From positions 96,001 to 160,000 of the forward strand of contig CAWBNQ010000003.1 of the NCBI GenBank assembly GCA_963790205.1: a DNA stretch of 64,000 nucleotides, read 5' to 3'. The stretch's first letter is position 1. Each line of letters begins with the position of its first letter. The position numbers were made by a program, and so were the translations under genes. This document shows positions 1 to 10,323 of the stretch, piece by piece. Source of the DNA: Nitrospirota bacterium (GTDB lineage: Bacteria; Nitrospirota; UBA9217). The notes beneath the pieces were generated by a model. It saw nothing but the letters and a program-made list of their open reading frames with translations. It was not told the DNA's origin and made no database searches.

Positions 1-513
1 GGCGTCATGCGGCGGCTGGCGGCGGCAAGCGACCTCGGCATCATCGTCCACGACGAGGGCAATGCGGACGGGAAGAGGCTTTCGGCGGGCGAGGCGGATC
101 AGTATGAACGGGGAGTGAGAGAGACCGGCGCACTCTGCGCTGTTTCGATCGAAAACTCGTACAATTCCCGCGATATCATCCGGTTCTGGGAGCAATTCGT
201 CGCTCCTGCCCCGGAGACCGTTTCCATAACCCTGGACATCGGCCATCTTGAGCTGGCGGGAGTCGATTCCATCGCCTTCGTACGGGACGTGCCGCAACAC
301 CTTATCGAACGAATGCAGTTCGTGCATATGCATCATTATGATGAAGGGTCACCCCACAGCGTGAAGGACCACAAACCGCTTGTGCCCGGCTGCCGGGAGA
401 TCGAGGCCCTGAAGCTGCTGCTGCGGCGAAAGAGCGGCCTCCGCGTTATCCTCGAGCTGGACGCGGCGGAAGACGGCATGGCGCGGAGCATCGAGCTGAT
501 AAGAAACTTATAA
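1..513 (+). CDS. Sugar phosphate isomerase/epimerase (xylose isomerase-like TIM barrel), probably 5'-partial
   Basis: SIEN, TLDIGH, VHMHH and ILELD metal-binding motifs; frame is open to the window start. Confidence 0.75.
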   Translation, partial: GVMRRLAAASDLGIIVHDEGNADGKRLSAGEADQYERGVRETGALCAVSIENSYNSRDIIRFWEQFVAPAPETVSITLDIGHLELAGVDSIAFVRDVPQHLIERMQFVHMHHYDEGSPHSVKDHKPLVPGCREIEALKLLLRRKSGLRVILELDAAEDGMARSIELIRNL

Positions 514-682
514 AAAAGTTTTCTCCTCCCTGAACAAACAAGTAAAACTCTTCCGAATATAAAGAGTCAGCTTTCTGTTCGATCATGATCGTAGTTTTCC
601 GCGGCGATGCAAAAAATGAAAATGATCTCGAATATTATAGAAAATCACGATGCTTTTTTTGCACATCCCCTTCGCGTCCTGA

Positions 683-807
683 GCGGAATTTTTGACCCGT
701 TTAAGGCTACGTCCGCTTGCCGCGCAAACTCGGCCTGCGGCCTCGGACATGCGTGGTCGCCCTTGGGGACGCTTCCTTAGGCCAAGATGGGTGCCCAAAA
801 ATTTCGC
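683..807 (-). repeat. Palindromic intergenic repeat, distant member of the family at 10.4 kb and 35.8 kb
   Basis: Outer arms GCGGAATTTTTG...CAAAAATTTCGC; minus-strand core ATGTCCGAGGCCGCAGGCCGAGTTT resembles ATGTCCGAAGACCGCAGGTCAAGTTT at 35873. Confidence 0.5.
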
Positions 808-1117
808 TTGCACCCGGCGTTTACGAGTGGACCCGAGAGTGCAGGGTGGAGGGCCGCTCCGGAGACGTGCGGGGTTGGGTAAAGACTCAAGCTTTTCCAG
901 AGGCCCCTGCATCCCGCGAACAAGGAAGCGTTTTACATGACCGGAGCAGCGCCGGTGAACCACAGATCATGCATGCGCGTGCGCAGCGTAAGCGATCACG
1001 GGCTGCCGTATTGTCCGGTAAAAGAGAAGACACCCTGTCATGTCTGCGCGGCGTTGTGAGTGGGGTGCAGAAAAAGAAAAGGATCGTGAGCTTCCTGAAA
1101 AGGAGTTTCTATAAACC

Positions 1118-2053
1118 ATGATCATCACTCCTCTTGCAGCCGAATCGCTTGGCGTCCGGAGCGCGGCCTGTTTCGTCGAGACCGCGGACGTCAGGATCCT
1201 CATCGACCCCGGGGTGTCGCTTGCGCCGCGGCGTTTCGGCCTGCCGCCCCACCCGCTCGAGATCAAGGCCATGAACGAGAGCTGGCGTTCGATCAGGGAA
1301 TTCGCGGCGCGCGCCGAGGTCCTTGTCATCACCCACTATCACTTCGATCACTTCGACCCCACCGAGCCGCTCGTGTTCAACGGGAAGACGCTCCTCGTAA
1401 AACACCCGAAGGAGAACATCAACGCGAGCCAGCGCGCCCGCGCGAGGGACCTGGTCCGGAACTTCAGGACCCTGCCGCGGAGGGTCGAATTCGCCGACAA
1501 CGGCGAGTTCCGGTTCGGCAATACGGTGATACGTTTTTCACCGGCCGTGCCGCACGGCCCGGGAACCAAGGTCGGGTGGGTCGTCGAGGTCTCCATCCGG
1601 GAAGGGGAGTCCTGTTTTCTCCATACCTCGGACATCCAGGGCGCGAGCCTGCCGCAGCAGGTCGCGTTCATTCGCGCGGAAAGTCCCGATACGCTGTATC
1701 TCGACGGGCCTCTTACCTACATGATCGGGCAGGAGTTCAGCCCCGGCGATCTTCGCGCGTCGATCAGGAACATCTGCGATATTATCGAGACGACGAGAGT
1801 GCAGACCCTCATCATCGACCATCATCTGCTGAGAGACCAGAAATGGAAAGAGGAGATCAAAGAGGTCCTCGCAAGAGCGAAGAAGACCGGCAAGAAGGTG
1901 GTGACCGCAGCGGGATTCCTGGGAAAAGAAGAAGAAATTCTCGAAGCGCACCGCCGGCAGCTCTATGCCTGGAACCCCGACACCCCGGAGGAGCCGATCC
2001 GGCGGAGCGGGAATTTCCAACTCGTGAAAGAGCTGGAGAAGCAGGCCCGCTGA
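1118..2053 (+). CDS. MBL-fold metallo-hydrolase (UPF0282-like)
   Basis: AAESLGVRS N-terminus, IDPG, THYHFDH, PHG and DHHLLRD motifs. Confidence 0.85.
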   Translation: MIITPLAAESLGVRSAACFVETADVRILIDPGVSLAPRRFGLPPHPLEIKAMNESWRSIREFAARAEVLVITHYHFDHFDPTEPLVFNGKTLLVKHPKENINASQRARARDLVRNFRTLPRRVEFADNGEFRFGNTVIRFSPAVPHGPGTKVGWVVEVSIREGESCFLHTSDIQGASLPQQVAFIRAESPDTLYLDGPLTYMIGQEFSPGDLRASIRNICDIIETTRVQTLIIDHHLLRDQKWKEEIKEVLARAKKTGKKVVTAAGFLGKEEEILEAHRRQLYAWNPDTPEEPIRRSGNFQLVKELEKQAR

Positions 2054-2392
2054 AAGATCTCATCCGGTCACGCCGCCGAAAGGACGCTGTGGCCTGTTCC
2101 ATGCTGCGGACGATTTCTGCAAGTTCTCGCGCACGACCTGTCCCGGGCTTTCGGCGCCTTGTCTGCCCGGAATCATGGGCGCGCCACACGATTTTCGCGT
2201 TTCGATCACTGCGATGCGGAAAGTTCCGGCATTGGCATGGCTCTGTCCGCAGGGTGTCTGCTCCCGGCCAAATCCGGCTTTCTGTTCTTTGTTGCCCCAT
2301 AAAACGCTTGTTTTTATTCTTTTCATTGTTTATAATGAAGTCCCTGAATTTATAACGATGCGCACGGGGGAGAATGTTCGGAGGTTGATGAT

Positions 2393-2683
2393 ATGCCGGT
2401 GTACGAATACGAGTGCGGCAGCTGCGGCGGTCGCTTTGAAATGATCAGGAAATTCAGCGATCCGGCGGTAACCGCCTGTACGCTCTGTAAAGCGGAAACC
2501 GTGCGGAAGGTGCTCTCGCCCACGGCATTCGTGCTCAAAGGCTCCGGGTGGTATGCCACGGACTACCCGTCGAACGAACGGAAAAAGGCGGGAGAGCCCG
2601 ATAAACCCTGCAACGAGCCAAAACCGGAATCCGGGTGTCCCGCGGGCTCGTGCGCCCCGGGCGCCTGTGCGTCAAAAGGCTGA
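2393..2683 (+). CDS. FmdB family zinc-ribbon regulatory protein
   Basis: MPVYEYECxxC...CxxC...LKGSGWYATDY signature; GGAGG RBS. Confidence 0.9.
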   Translation: MPVYEYECGSCGGRFEMIRKFSDPAVTACTLCKAETVRKVLSPTAFVLKGSGWYATDYPSNERKKAGEPDKPCNEPKPESGCPAGSCAPGACASKG

Positions 2684-2688
2684 GCTTG

Positions 2689-3462
2689 ATGGAGCCCGTC
2701 CATGTTCACATCCCCTATCCCAAGCTGAAAGATTTTTTCGAGATGATCCGGCTTCGCCGTTACGATCTCGAGATTTATTTTTCCGCCGCCGTCCTCGACC
2801 AGATCGAGCGTGAAGACCTGGAGAAGCTCAAGGCAAGCCTGGACTGGGCCCCCGCGCTTACGCTTCATGCGCCTTTCATGGACATGAACCCCGGAGCCGT
2901 GGACCCGATGATACGGTCAGTGACCCAGATGCGGTTCCGCCAGCTTTTGAACGTCGCGGCCATTCTCAGGCCCCGCGTTGCCGTGTTTCACGCCGCCTAT
3001 GACAAGTGGCGCTACAGCGGCAGGAAGGACGTATGGCTCAACAACAGCGTCGAGACCTGGCACGCGGTCATGGACGCGGCCTCGAATATCGGCATGCGGG
3101 TGGCGGTCGAGAACGTGTTCGACGAGGACCCCGAGGCGCTCCGGTTGCTCATCGAGAAGATCGCCCGCCCGGGCTTCGGTTTCTGCTTCGACACGGGCCA
3201 TTTTAATCTTTTCTCGGCCGTTCCCATGGAACAATGGTTCGAGGGCCTCGGGCGGCACCTTGTCGAGGTGCATTTGCACGACAACGACGGCACCGCGGAC
3301 TCTCACTGGGCCATCGGGCGGGGGAGCGTGGATTTCGAAAAATTTTTCGGGCTCATGCGCAAGCATTCCGCCGCTCCCGTCTTCACCGTCGAGGCGCACG
3401 ATAAGGAAGATATCGAGACAAGCCTTGGGCGCTTGAAGTCGCTTTTGAAGGAACGCGAATAA
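2689..3462 (+). CDS. Sugar phosphate isomerase/epimerase, AP endonuclease 2 family TIM barrel
   Basis: LHAPF, VENVF, FDTGH, VHLHDNDG..DSH and TVE motifs; start taken at ATG 2689. Confidence 0.85.
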   Translation: MEPVHVHIPYPKLKDFFEMIRLRRYDLEIYFSAAVLDQIEREDLEKLKASLDWAPALTLHAPFMDMNPGAVDPMIRSVTQMRFRQLLNVAAILRPRVAVFHAAYDKWRYSGRKDVWLNNSVETWHAVMDAASNIGMRVAVENVFDEDPEALRLLIEKIARPGFGFCFDTGHFNLFSAVPMEQWFEGLGRHLVEVHLHDNDGTADSHWAIGRGSVDFEKFFGLMRKHSAAPVFTVEAHDKEDIETSLGRLKSLLKERE

Positions 3463-3623
3463 CGGCCCTCGATTCGAGACTCGATTCGAGAGGCGTCCGC
3501 GTCCGCTCTCACCCGTTCAAGAAAGCCGCCGACCACCGCCGGCCGTGGAGATCTTTCCCGGGGAGCGCGGTATAACGCCGATATAAATAATCGAGAGAAC
3601 GCGGTTCTCTCAGGGAGTTTGCC

Positions 3624-3652
3624 TTGACACTCCCCTGGGGTTGACTTAGACT
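3624..3652 (+). promoter_or_regulatory. Sigma70-type promoter for the TPR-lolB-ispE operon (apparently leaderless)
   Basis: TTGACA-17 nt-TAGACT, ATG 7 nt downstream, no SD sequence. Confidence 0.6.
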
Positions 3653-3659
3653 AATACCT

Positions 3660-5411
3660 ATGAAGAAAATCCTGATTGTATTCTTACTGATGCTTACTGT
3701 TGTTTCCTGCGCCACCTCGCCCGTCAAGATGCCTCAAGTGCAGGCCGAACGCATGGATTCCAAAGCGCGTGCGAAGGCCGACGCCTATTACCATTTTATA
3801 GTCGCCAATCTCCACGAGCAGGACGGGGAGTTTGACGCGGCCTTGGAGGAATACCGGGCCGCCTATCGCCTTGACCCCGGTTCCGCCGAGATCGCGCTGT
3901 CGCTCTCGTCCCTCTATCTTCGCAAGGGGCAGACGGAGCAGGCGGCGGCCCTCGCAAAAAGGGCCGCGGAACTTGCCCCGGACAAGACCGGAGCGCTCCT
4001 GCTCCTGGCCAATGTTTATACGAGCAGGAAGAAATACGACGAAGCGGCGGACCTCTACCGCAAAGTCATCGCGCTCAGCCCCAAAAAAGAAGACACCTAT
4101 ATATATCTCGGGTCGCTCTACGCCGCGTTGAAACGCTATGACGAGGCACTCGTGACGTTCAAGGCGCTCGAGAAGGTGAACCCGTCCTCCCTCATGTCGC
4201 CGTACTATCAGGGCAAGATCCAGATGGAGAGACAGCGGTACCCCGAGGCCCTGGCCGAATTCAGGCGTGCGATCGCGATCCGCGACGATTTCGAGCCCGC
4301 GTATACGAGCATGGGCATGGTGTACGAGCTTATGAACAGGCCCGGCGACGCCATCGAGTCGTATAAGAAGGCCCTTGCCGTCAACCCGCACGATCTCGAG
4401 ATCATGGGGCACCTGGCGCAGCTCTACATCCAGCAGAACGCGCTCGATGACGCGCTGGAACAGTTCGAGCGGATCGTGGCCAATGATCCGGATAACTTTG
4501 ATGCGTACGTCAAGATGGGGCTTATTCATGCCGAGAAAAAACAGTACGAGAAGGCCATGGAGTCTTTCCGTATCGTTGCGCGCGCCGAGCCGAACGACCT
4601 CCGGGTGAGGCGGTACCTGGCTTCGACACTGGTGGCCCTGGAACGCTATGATGAGGCGCTTAAGGAATACAAATCAATCCTTGCAGCTGCACCCGATGAT
4701 ACCGATGCCCTTCTCCAGATTTCCTATATCTATGCGCAGCAGAAGAAGGCGGAAGAAGCGGTCCCCCTGCTGGAAAAGGCGCTCAAGGAGCAGCCGGGCA
4801 AACCCGAGATCTACCTCTATCTCGCCAGCGCCTACATGGACGTGGAAAAGTACTCGGAGGCCAGGGACATTCTGAAGCGGGGCATCGAGCTTGCCCCGGA
4901 CCGCGATGATCTTCAGTTCAGCCTTGCGATCGCCTACGAGAAGCTGGGCCGCCGCGACGAAATGATCGGGGCGCTCAAGAAGACGATCGAGCTCAAGCCC
5001 GACAATGCCGATGCGCTCAACTATCTCGGATACAGCTACGCGGAAAAAGGGGAGCACCTCGACGAGGCGATCCAGCTCATCAAGCGGGCGCTCCTCATCA
5101 AGCAGGACAACGGATATATTCTCGACAGCCTTGCCTGGGCCTATTACCAGAAGGGATTGCTGAACGAGTCCCTCGAGGTCATGAAAAAGGCGATGGCCAG
5201 TACCCCGGAGGACGACCCGGTCATGCGCGAGCACTTCGGCGACATCTATCTGAAGCTGTCCGACAAGGAGAATGCCCGCGAGCAGTGGCTGAAATCGCTC
5301 GAACTCGACCCGAAGAACCAGAAGCTCAGGGAAAAGTTCAAGGAAGCGGGATTCGGCAATCCCGACGTGCTGTTGAAAGACGTGAAACCGAGGAAGAAGA
5401 ACAAGAAGTGA
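3660..5411 (+). CDS. Tetratricopeptide-repeat lipoprotein
   Basis: Lipobox VVSC; many TPR repeats; NADALNYLGY...DSLAW...EHFGD C-terminus typical of the TPR gene upstream of lolB-ispE. Confidence 0.9.
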   Translation: MKKILIVFLLMLTVVSCATSPVKMPQVQAERMDSKARAKADAYYHFIVANLHEQDGEFDAALEEYRAAYRLDPGSAEIALSLSSLYLRKGQTEQAAALAKRAAELAPDKTGALLLLANVYTSRKKYDEAADLYRKVIALSPKKEDTYIYLGSLYAALKRYDEALVTFKALEKVNPSSLMSPYYQGKIQMERQRYPEALAEFRRAIAIRDDFEPAYTSMGMVYELMNRPGDAIESYKKALAVNPHDLEIMGHLAQLYIQQNALDDALEQFERIVANDPDNFDAYVKMGLIHAEKKQYEKAMESFRIVARAEPNDLRVRRYLASTLVALERYDEALKEYKSILAAAPDDTDALLQISYIYAQQKKAEEAVPLLEKALKEQPGKPEIYLYLASAYMDVEKYSEARDILKRGIELAPDRDDLQFSLAIAYEKLGRRDEMIGALKKTIELKPDNADALNYLGYSYAEKGEHLDEAIQLIKRALLIKQDNGYILDSLAWAYYQKGLLNESLEVMKKAMASTPEDDPVMREHFGDIYLKLSDKENAREQWLKSLELDPKNQKLREKFKEAGFGNPDVLLKDVKPRKKNKK

Positions 5412-6184
5412 AGACGGCAAGCCTCGTTTGTCTCGCCATCATCCCGCTCCTGTTCGCGTGTTTCCCCAAAAAACCGGAAATTTCACTGCCCGAAGTCCCG
5501 GCTCTTCCGCTGATGCAGGCGCTTGAGCAGCGCCGGCAGATGTTCGCCGGGCTCAAGGCCGTGGCGAGCGTAGAAACAGTCAGGGCCGGCCGCAAACGCT
5601 CTTATGACACGGTCGGCATCGTGGTCGAGGACCAGCAACGGCTGCGCGTGGAAGCCTACGGGCCTTTGGGCCAGTCCCTGGTAACGCTCGTCTGGGACGG
5701 CACCGAGGTGCTGCTCCGTCTGGAGGACGGCAGGGTGCTCACGCCGGGTCCCGCGGGCCTGGAAAGGATGCTCGGCGTGGCCATGGACGCGGGAGAGCTT
5801 TGCGCCGTTCTGGCCGGCAACATTCCGGCAGCCGTTTCTTCGCAGGAAGCCAGGGCATTTCAGGAGCCGGATGGAAGCTTTGTGATCGAGCTCCGCGCGG
5901 GGGACCTTCTGCGGCGCTGGTACGTTTTGCTTTCCGACCCGGGCCCCGAACAGAGCATCCGGATCACCTCGAGTGAATTGTACCGGTCAGACAAGCTTGT
6001 ATACCGGGCCCGGTACGAACAGACAGGGCCGATCTCGAAGTACCTGATGGCGAAGATCGTGCGTATCGAAAACCCCGGCAAAAAGGTATCGCTCACGGTC
6101 GAATACAATGAGATGGATGTGAACGTGCCTCTCGGCGATGATGCTTTCAAGCTGTCGGACGGCGCCGAGGCGGGCTCTCGATAA
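5408..6184 (+). CDS. LolB-like / LolA-fold lipoprotein
   Basis: GTG start overlaps the upstream stop (GTGA); lipobox LFAC; RVEAYGPLGQ motif; position between the TPR gene and ispE. Confidence 0.65.
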   Translation: MKTASLVCLAIIPLLFACFPKKPEISLPEVPALPLMQALEQRRQMFAGLKAVASVETVRAGRKRSYDTVGIVVEDQQRLRVEAYGPLGQSLVTLVWDGTEVLLRLEDGRVLTPGPAGLERMLGVAMDAGELCAVLAGNIPAAVSSQEARAFQEPDGSFVIELRAGDLLRRWYVLLSDPGPEQSIRITSSELYRSDKLVYRARYEQTGPISKYLMAKIVRIENPGKKVSLTVEYNEMDVNVPLGDDAFKLSDGAEAGSR

Positions 6185-6211
6185 ACAGACCGCGGAAAAG
6201 GCAAGGACCCG

Positions 6212-7102
6212 ATGAAAGAGCTTACGATCCAGGCCCCGGCTAAGATCAACCTCTGTTTGTCCGTACTCGGCCGCAGGCCGGACGGCTACCATGAGGTCTC
6301 CATGCTGATGCAGATGGTGGGTCTCTACGACGAGGTGAGGGTCTCCCTGGGAGAAAAGGGTGTCAGCGTTACCTGCGATGACGATACAATACCCCCGGGA
6401 GAGGAGAACATCGCCTGGAAGGCGGCCGCAGCCATACTCAACCATGCCCGTCTCGATACCGGGCTTTGCGTAACGATCAAGAAGGCCATACCCGTGGCCG
6501 CCGGGCTCGGCGGAGGGAGCAGCGATGCCGCGGCAGTGCTCGCTGCGGCCAATATACTGCTCAAGACCGGGCTCGATCGCGGACAACTCTCCGAACGAGG
6601 CGCCGGGCTCGGCATGGACGTGCCCTTCTTTTTTCACGGGCCGCTGGCCCTGGCGCGGGGCAGGGGCGAGCTTCTCACGCGCATGGCGCCGCTGCCCGGG
6701 TTCTGGGTTTTGCTCGTCAATCCGGGCTTCGAGACCTCCACGGCCTGGGTGTATAAAAACCTAAATTTGAGGTTGACAAAAAATGTTGACTGTAATAAAA
6801 TCGCAAGGCTTACGGTCCGAAACATGGCAGAGGGGCTCCACAATGACCTCGAGACCGTTACCGCGGCCGCGCACCCGGTGATCCGCAGGATCGAAGCAGC
6901 GCTCCTGGCCCACGGGGCCATGGGCGCGCGCATGAGCGGAAGCGGCCCCACGGTATTCGGCATTTTCGAGAACAAAGAAGGCTGCCGGGCTGCCGCGGCA
7001 AGCCTTTCCGGAGAAGGTTGGAAGCTCTATCCCGCTGAGGCATTGACGGCATCGCCTCTTGAGGTGTACCATACCAGTAGTATTTCGGGCAGCGCAAGCT
7101 GA
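6212..7102 (+). CDS. ispE: 4-diphosphocytidyl-2-C-methyl-D-erythritol kinase
   Basis: APAKINL, RPDGYH, IPVAAGLGGGSSDAA, MSGSGPTVF. Confidence 0.97.
   Translation: MKELTIQAPAKINLCLSVLGRRPDGYHEVSMLMQMVGLYDEVRVSLGEKGVSVTCDDDTIPPGEENIAWKAAAAILNHARLDTGLCVTIKKAIPVAAGLGGGSSDAAAVLAAANILLKTGLDRGQLSERGAGLGMDVPFFFHGPLALARGRGELLTRMAPLPGFWVLLVNPGFETSTAWVYKNLNLRLTKNVDCNKIARLTVRNMAEGLHNDLETVTAAAHPVIRRIEAALLAHGAMGARMSGSGPTVFGIFENKEGCRAAAASLSGEGWKLYPAEALTASPLEVYHTSSISGSAS
6773..6801 (+). promoter_or_regulatory. Internal sigma70 promoter within ispE
   Basis: TTGACA-17 nt-TAAAAT in an AT-rich patch of a GC-rich CDS. Confidence 0.65.
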
Positions 7103-7149
7103 TTTCGACGCCGCCCCGAAAACCCGCGATTTGTACAACATGAGGGGGT

Positions 7150-7458
7150 ATGAGTATGGAAATCACAGAGGTCAGGGTATTTCCGGTCAGCAATGAAGAG
7201 AGGCTCAAGGCCTACGCCACGATAACCATCGACAACGTGTTCCTCATCAGGGACCTCCGCGTGATCAACGGCAACGCCGGGCTGTTTGTGGCCATGCCGA
7301 GCAGGAAGATGAAGGACGGGACCTTCAAGGACATCGCCCATCCGCTGAACAGCGAGACCCGGCAGATGATCGAATCGAAAGTCCTCTCCGAGTACGAGCG
7401 GGAGCTGGCCAATCCCACGAAACGGGAACAGCCCTTGAAAGAGAAGGAATCCACATAG
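7150..7458 (+). CDS. spoVG: Septation regulator SpoVG
   Basis: MEITEVRV...LKAYATIT...GLFVAMPSRK...FKDIAHP. Confidence 0.95.
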   Translation: MSMEITEVRVFPVSNEERLKAYATITIDNVFLIRDLRVINGNAGLFVAMPSRKMKDGTFKDIAHPLNSETRQMIESKVLSEYERELANPTKREQPLKEKEST

Positions 7459-7508
7459 CGGGGCCGCCGCGCTGCTTTTAAGTTCTGCCGATTCTGCATC
7501 TGATGCGA

Positions 7509-7536
7509 GAGGATAGGCGTGCCAGCCTATCCTTTT
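7509..7536 (+). terminator. Intrinsic terminator-like hairpin after spoVG
   Basis: AGGATAGGC-gtgcca-GCCTATCCT followed by TTT. Confidence 0.5.
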
Positions 7537-7697
7537 CATGTTTACCCCGGCAGAACACGCCGCCGATTCCCCGGCGGCGGTTGACAAGCTGCATACACGG
7601 GTGGTCTTCGCCGGTACAGGGACGTTCGGTCTTATACGCTGTTCTCGAACAGGGTTTATCCGGCCGGCAGCCCGGTCCATTCAAATACGGCCGTTGC

Positions 7698-7771
7698 TCG
7701 GGGATCGTCTAATGGTAGGACAGAGGCCTTTGAAGCCTTTAATCGGGGTCCGACTCCCTGTCCCCGAACCA
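7698..7771 (+). tRNA. tRNA-Gln (UUG)
   Basis: Acceptor stem TCGGGGA/TCCCCGA, anticodon arm GAGGC-CTTTGAA-GCCTT, encoded CCA; conserved position between ispE and prs. Confidence 0.95.
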
Positions 7772-7791
7772 GTCAGTGAAACGAGGAATCG

Positions 7792-8745
7792 ATGGTCATG
7801 GTGAGGAAACGGGAACTCAAGATATTCTCGGGAAATGCGAACCTCGGGCTGGCCAAGGACATCTGCGCGAAGATGGGCATCCAGCTCGGCAACGCGGTCG
7901 TCGGCAGGTTCTCCGACGGCGAGATCAACGTGCAGATCGTGGACAACGTGCGCGGCATGGATGTCTTCGTGGTGCAGCCCACGGCGAGCCCGGTGAACCG
8001 GCACCTCATGGAGCTGCTCATCATGATCGATGCGCTCAAGCGCGCCTCGGCAACCAGGATCACGGCCGTGCTGCCCTACTACGGGTACAGCAGGCAGGAC
8101 CGCAAGGTGCAGCCCCGGGTGCCGATCACGTCCAAGCTGGTGGCGGACCTGATCACGGCCGCCGGGGCCAGCCGGGTGCTTACCGTGGACCTTCACGCGG
8201 GCCAGATCCAGGGGTTCTTCAACATCCCCGTGGACAATCTCTTCGCGTCGCCGGTGCTGCTCGATTATATCCGGGGGAAAAAGTTCAAGAACCTGACGGT
8301 GGTCTCGCCCGACGCCGGCGGCGTGGAGCGCGCGCGCGCGTTCGCGAAGCGGCTCGACGCGGCGCTCGCCATCATCGACAAGCGGCGGGACAAACCGAAC
8401 GAGGCCCAGGTCATGCACATCATCGGCGATGTCAAGGGGCACGACTGCCTGCTTCTCGACGATATGGTGGACACCGCCGGCACCCTGACCGAAGGCGCGG
8501 CGGCGCTCAAGGCGAACGGAGCGGGAAAGATCTGCGCGGCCTGCACGCACGCGGTGCTCTCCGGCCCGGCCATCCAGCGTATCAATGAGTCCGCGCTCGA
8601 CGAGCTGATCACGACGAACACCATCGCGCTCGACAGCAAGCAGCAGGAATGCAAAAAACTGACGGTCCTCTCCGTGGCGCCGCTTCTGGCAGAGGCGATC
8701 ACGAGGATCCACGAGGAGACGTCGCTCAGTTCGCTCTTCGTATAA
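7792..8745 (+). CDS. prs: Ribose-phosphate pyrophosphokinase
   Basis: [43 protein letters not shown]; start may be 7798. Confidence 0.98.
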   Translation: MVMVRKRELKIFSGNANLGLAKDICAKMGIQLGNAVVGRFSDGEINVQIVDNVRGMDVFVVQPTASPVNRHLMELLIMIDALKRASATRITAVLPYYGYSRQDRKVQPRVPITSKLVADLITAAGASRVLTVDLHAGQIQGFFNIPVDNLFASPVLLDYIRGKKFKNLTVVSPDAGGVERARAFAKRLDAALAIIDKRRDKPNEAQVMHIIGDVKGHDCLLLDDMVDTAGTLTEGAAALKANGAGKICAACTHAVLSGPAIQRINESALDELITTNTIALDSKQQECKKLTVLSVAPLLAEAITRIHEETSLSSLFV

Positions 8746-8755
8746 AAATTTGGCG

Positions 8756-8791
8756 GTTTAAACCGCTTAAACCGTTTGAACAGTTTAAACG
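8756..8791. repeat. Four tandem 9-mers (GTTTAAACC-like)
   Basis: gtttaaacc gcttaaacc gtttgaaca gtttaaacg. Confidence 0.7.
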
Positions 8792-8808
8792 GCTTCATCG
8801 GAGGAGAA

Positions 8809-9576
8809 ATGGAAAAGATAGCATTATCAGCACAAGTAAGGGAAAAGGCGGGCAAGGGCGTTGCCCGGGGCCTGCGTCGGAACCAGATGGTGCCGGCGGT
8901 CCTGTACAGCCACGGCAAATCCACGCCGCTCGCCATGGGTGATAAAGAGGTCACCAAGGTGCTTAATACCGAAGGCGGCGAGCACGCGCTCATCAATCTC
9001 AAGCTCGAAGGGGCAAAGGGTGCGGCCGACCGCCTGGCCCTGATCAAGGACTACCAGGTGGACCCCATCAGCGGCAAGCTCATCCACGTGGACCTCATGG
9101 AAGTCGCGATGAATGAGAAGGTGAAGATCCAGGTGGCCGTGCATGTTACGGGCAGTTCTATCGGCGTCAAGGAAGGCGGCATCTTCCAGTACGGCCAGCG
9201 CCATCTCGAAGTCGAATGCCTGCCGGGCCAGATCCCCGATTTCATCGAGGTCGACATCTCGGCGCTCAAGATCAACGAGTCGCTCCACGTCCGGCACATC
9301 AAGGCCGGCGAAGGCATCAAGATCCTGACCGATCCGGATGCGACGGTCGCGACCATCCAGCCGCCGATGTCGGAGGCCAAGCTTGAGGAAATGCTGACCG
9401 CGACACCGGCAGCGGCAGCGGAGGGCGGCGAGCCCGAGCTCGTTAAGAAGCCCAAGAAAGAGGGCGAGGCTGAGGCGGCACCGGCTGCCGAAGCCAAGGG
9501 CGCGGGCGCTGGGAAAGAGGCGGCCGCTGCTCCCAAAGCCGCTGCTCCCAAGAAGGAAGCCGCACCGAAGAAGTAA
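8809..9576 (+). CDS. rplY: 50S ribosomal protein L25/Ctc (long form, Ala/Lys-rich tail)
   Basis: GKGVARGLRR..VPAVLY, HVDL, GVKEGG; GGAGGAG RBS before ATG 8809. Confidence 0.95.
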   Translation: MEKIALSAQVREKAGKGVARGLRRNQMVPAVLYSHGKSTPLAMGDKEVTKVLNTEGGEHALINLKLEGAKGAADRLALIKDYQVDPISGKLIHVDLMEVAMNEKVKIQVAVHVTGSSIGVKEGGIFQYGQRHLEVECLPGQIPDFIEVDISALKINESLHVRHIKAGEGIKILTDPDATVATIQPPMSEAKLEEMLTATPAAAAEGGEPELVKKPKKEGEAEAAPAAEAKGAGAGKEAAAAPKAAAPKKEAAPKK

Positions 9577-9585
9577 CAGTGAATA

Positions 9586-9702
9586 CAAGCATCAAATAAC
9601 AAATAAATCTCAAGCACCAAGGACCAGTTTTCAAACGTTTCGGAAATTTAAATTTCATACTTGGATATTATTTGAGATTTGTGATTTGAAATTTGGAGCT
9701 TG
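9586..9702. repeat. AT-rich imperfect inverted repeat with about 7-nt periodicity
   Basis: CAAGCATCAAATAACAAATAAATCTCAA ... TTGAGATTTGTGATTTGAAATTTGGAGCTTG. Confidence 0.55.
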
Positions 9703-9708
9703 CATTTC

Positions 9709-10272
9709 GTGAAGATCATCGTCGGTCTCGGCAACCCGGGCAGAAAGTACGAACGCACGCGTCACAACGCGGGCTTCATGGCAGTTGACGAGCTTGCCGG
9801 CATCCTGCGCGCGGAGATTACGCAGGAAAAACACCACGCCCTGATCGGCCGGGCACGGATGGGTTCCGAAGAGGCCGTCCTGGTCAAGCCGCAGACGTAT
9901 ATGAACGAGAGCGGCAGGGCCGTGGCGGCGCTCCTCCGGTCCGCGTACGCGGAAGCGTCGGACCTTATCGTGCTCCATGACGAGCTGGACCTGGCGCTGG
10001 GAACCGTCCGCGTAAAGACCGGCGGGGGGCACGGCGGGCACAACGGGCTCCGCTCCATCATCGAACATATCGGGACCGCCGACTTTGTCCGTATTCGCAT
10101 CGGGATCGGCAGGCCGGGGCCCGGCATCGATCCTGCCGATTATGTCTTGAGTCCCTTTCTCGTCGAGGAGCGGCGGGCAGTGCCGGAGATCATGGCGCGC
10201 GCAGCTGAAGCGGCCAGGGCGATCGTTGTGGAAGGCCCGGCGCGGGCCATGAATAGCATTAACAAGAAGTAA
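9709..10272 (+). CDS. pth: Peptidyl-tRNA hydrolase
   Basis: IVGLGNPG..Y..TRHNAGF, KPQTYMN, HDELDL, GGHGGHNGLRS. Confidence 0.97.
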   Translation: MKIIVGLGNPGRKYERTRHNAGFMAVDELAGILRAEITQEKHHALIGRARMGSEEAVLVKPQTYMNESGRAVAALLRSAYAEASDLIVLHDELDLALGTVRVKTGGGHGGHNGLRSIIEHIGTADFVRIRIGIGRPGPGIDPADYVLSPFLVEERRAVPEIMARAAEAARAIVVEGPARAMNSINKK

Positions 10273-10282
10273 TCGTTCAGAA

Positions 10283-10323
10283 GCCCGGACCTGAAGGACC
10301 ATTCCGACAGCTCCGGGTTTTTT
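10283..10323 (+). terminator. Terminator-like hairpin after pth
   Basis: GCCCGGA...TCCGGGT followed by a T-tract (long loop). Confidence 0.45.

Noticed and set aside
3468..3491. CTCGATTCGAGA x2 direct repeat
   Set aside because: Only two units with no other copy noticed; no function can be supported.
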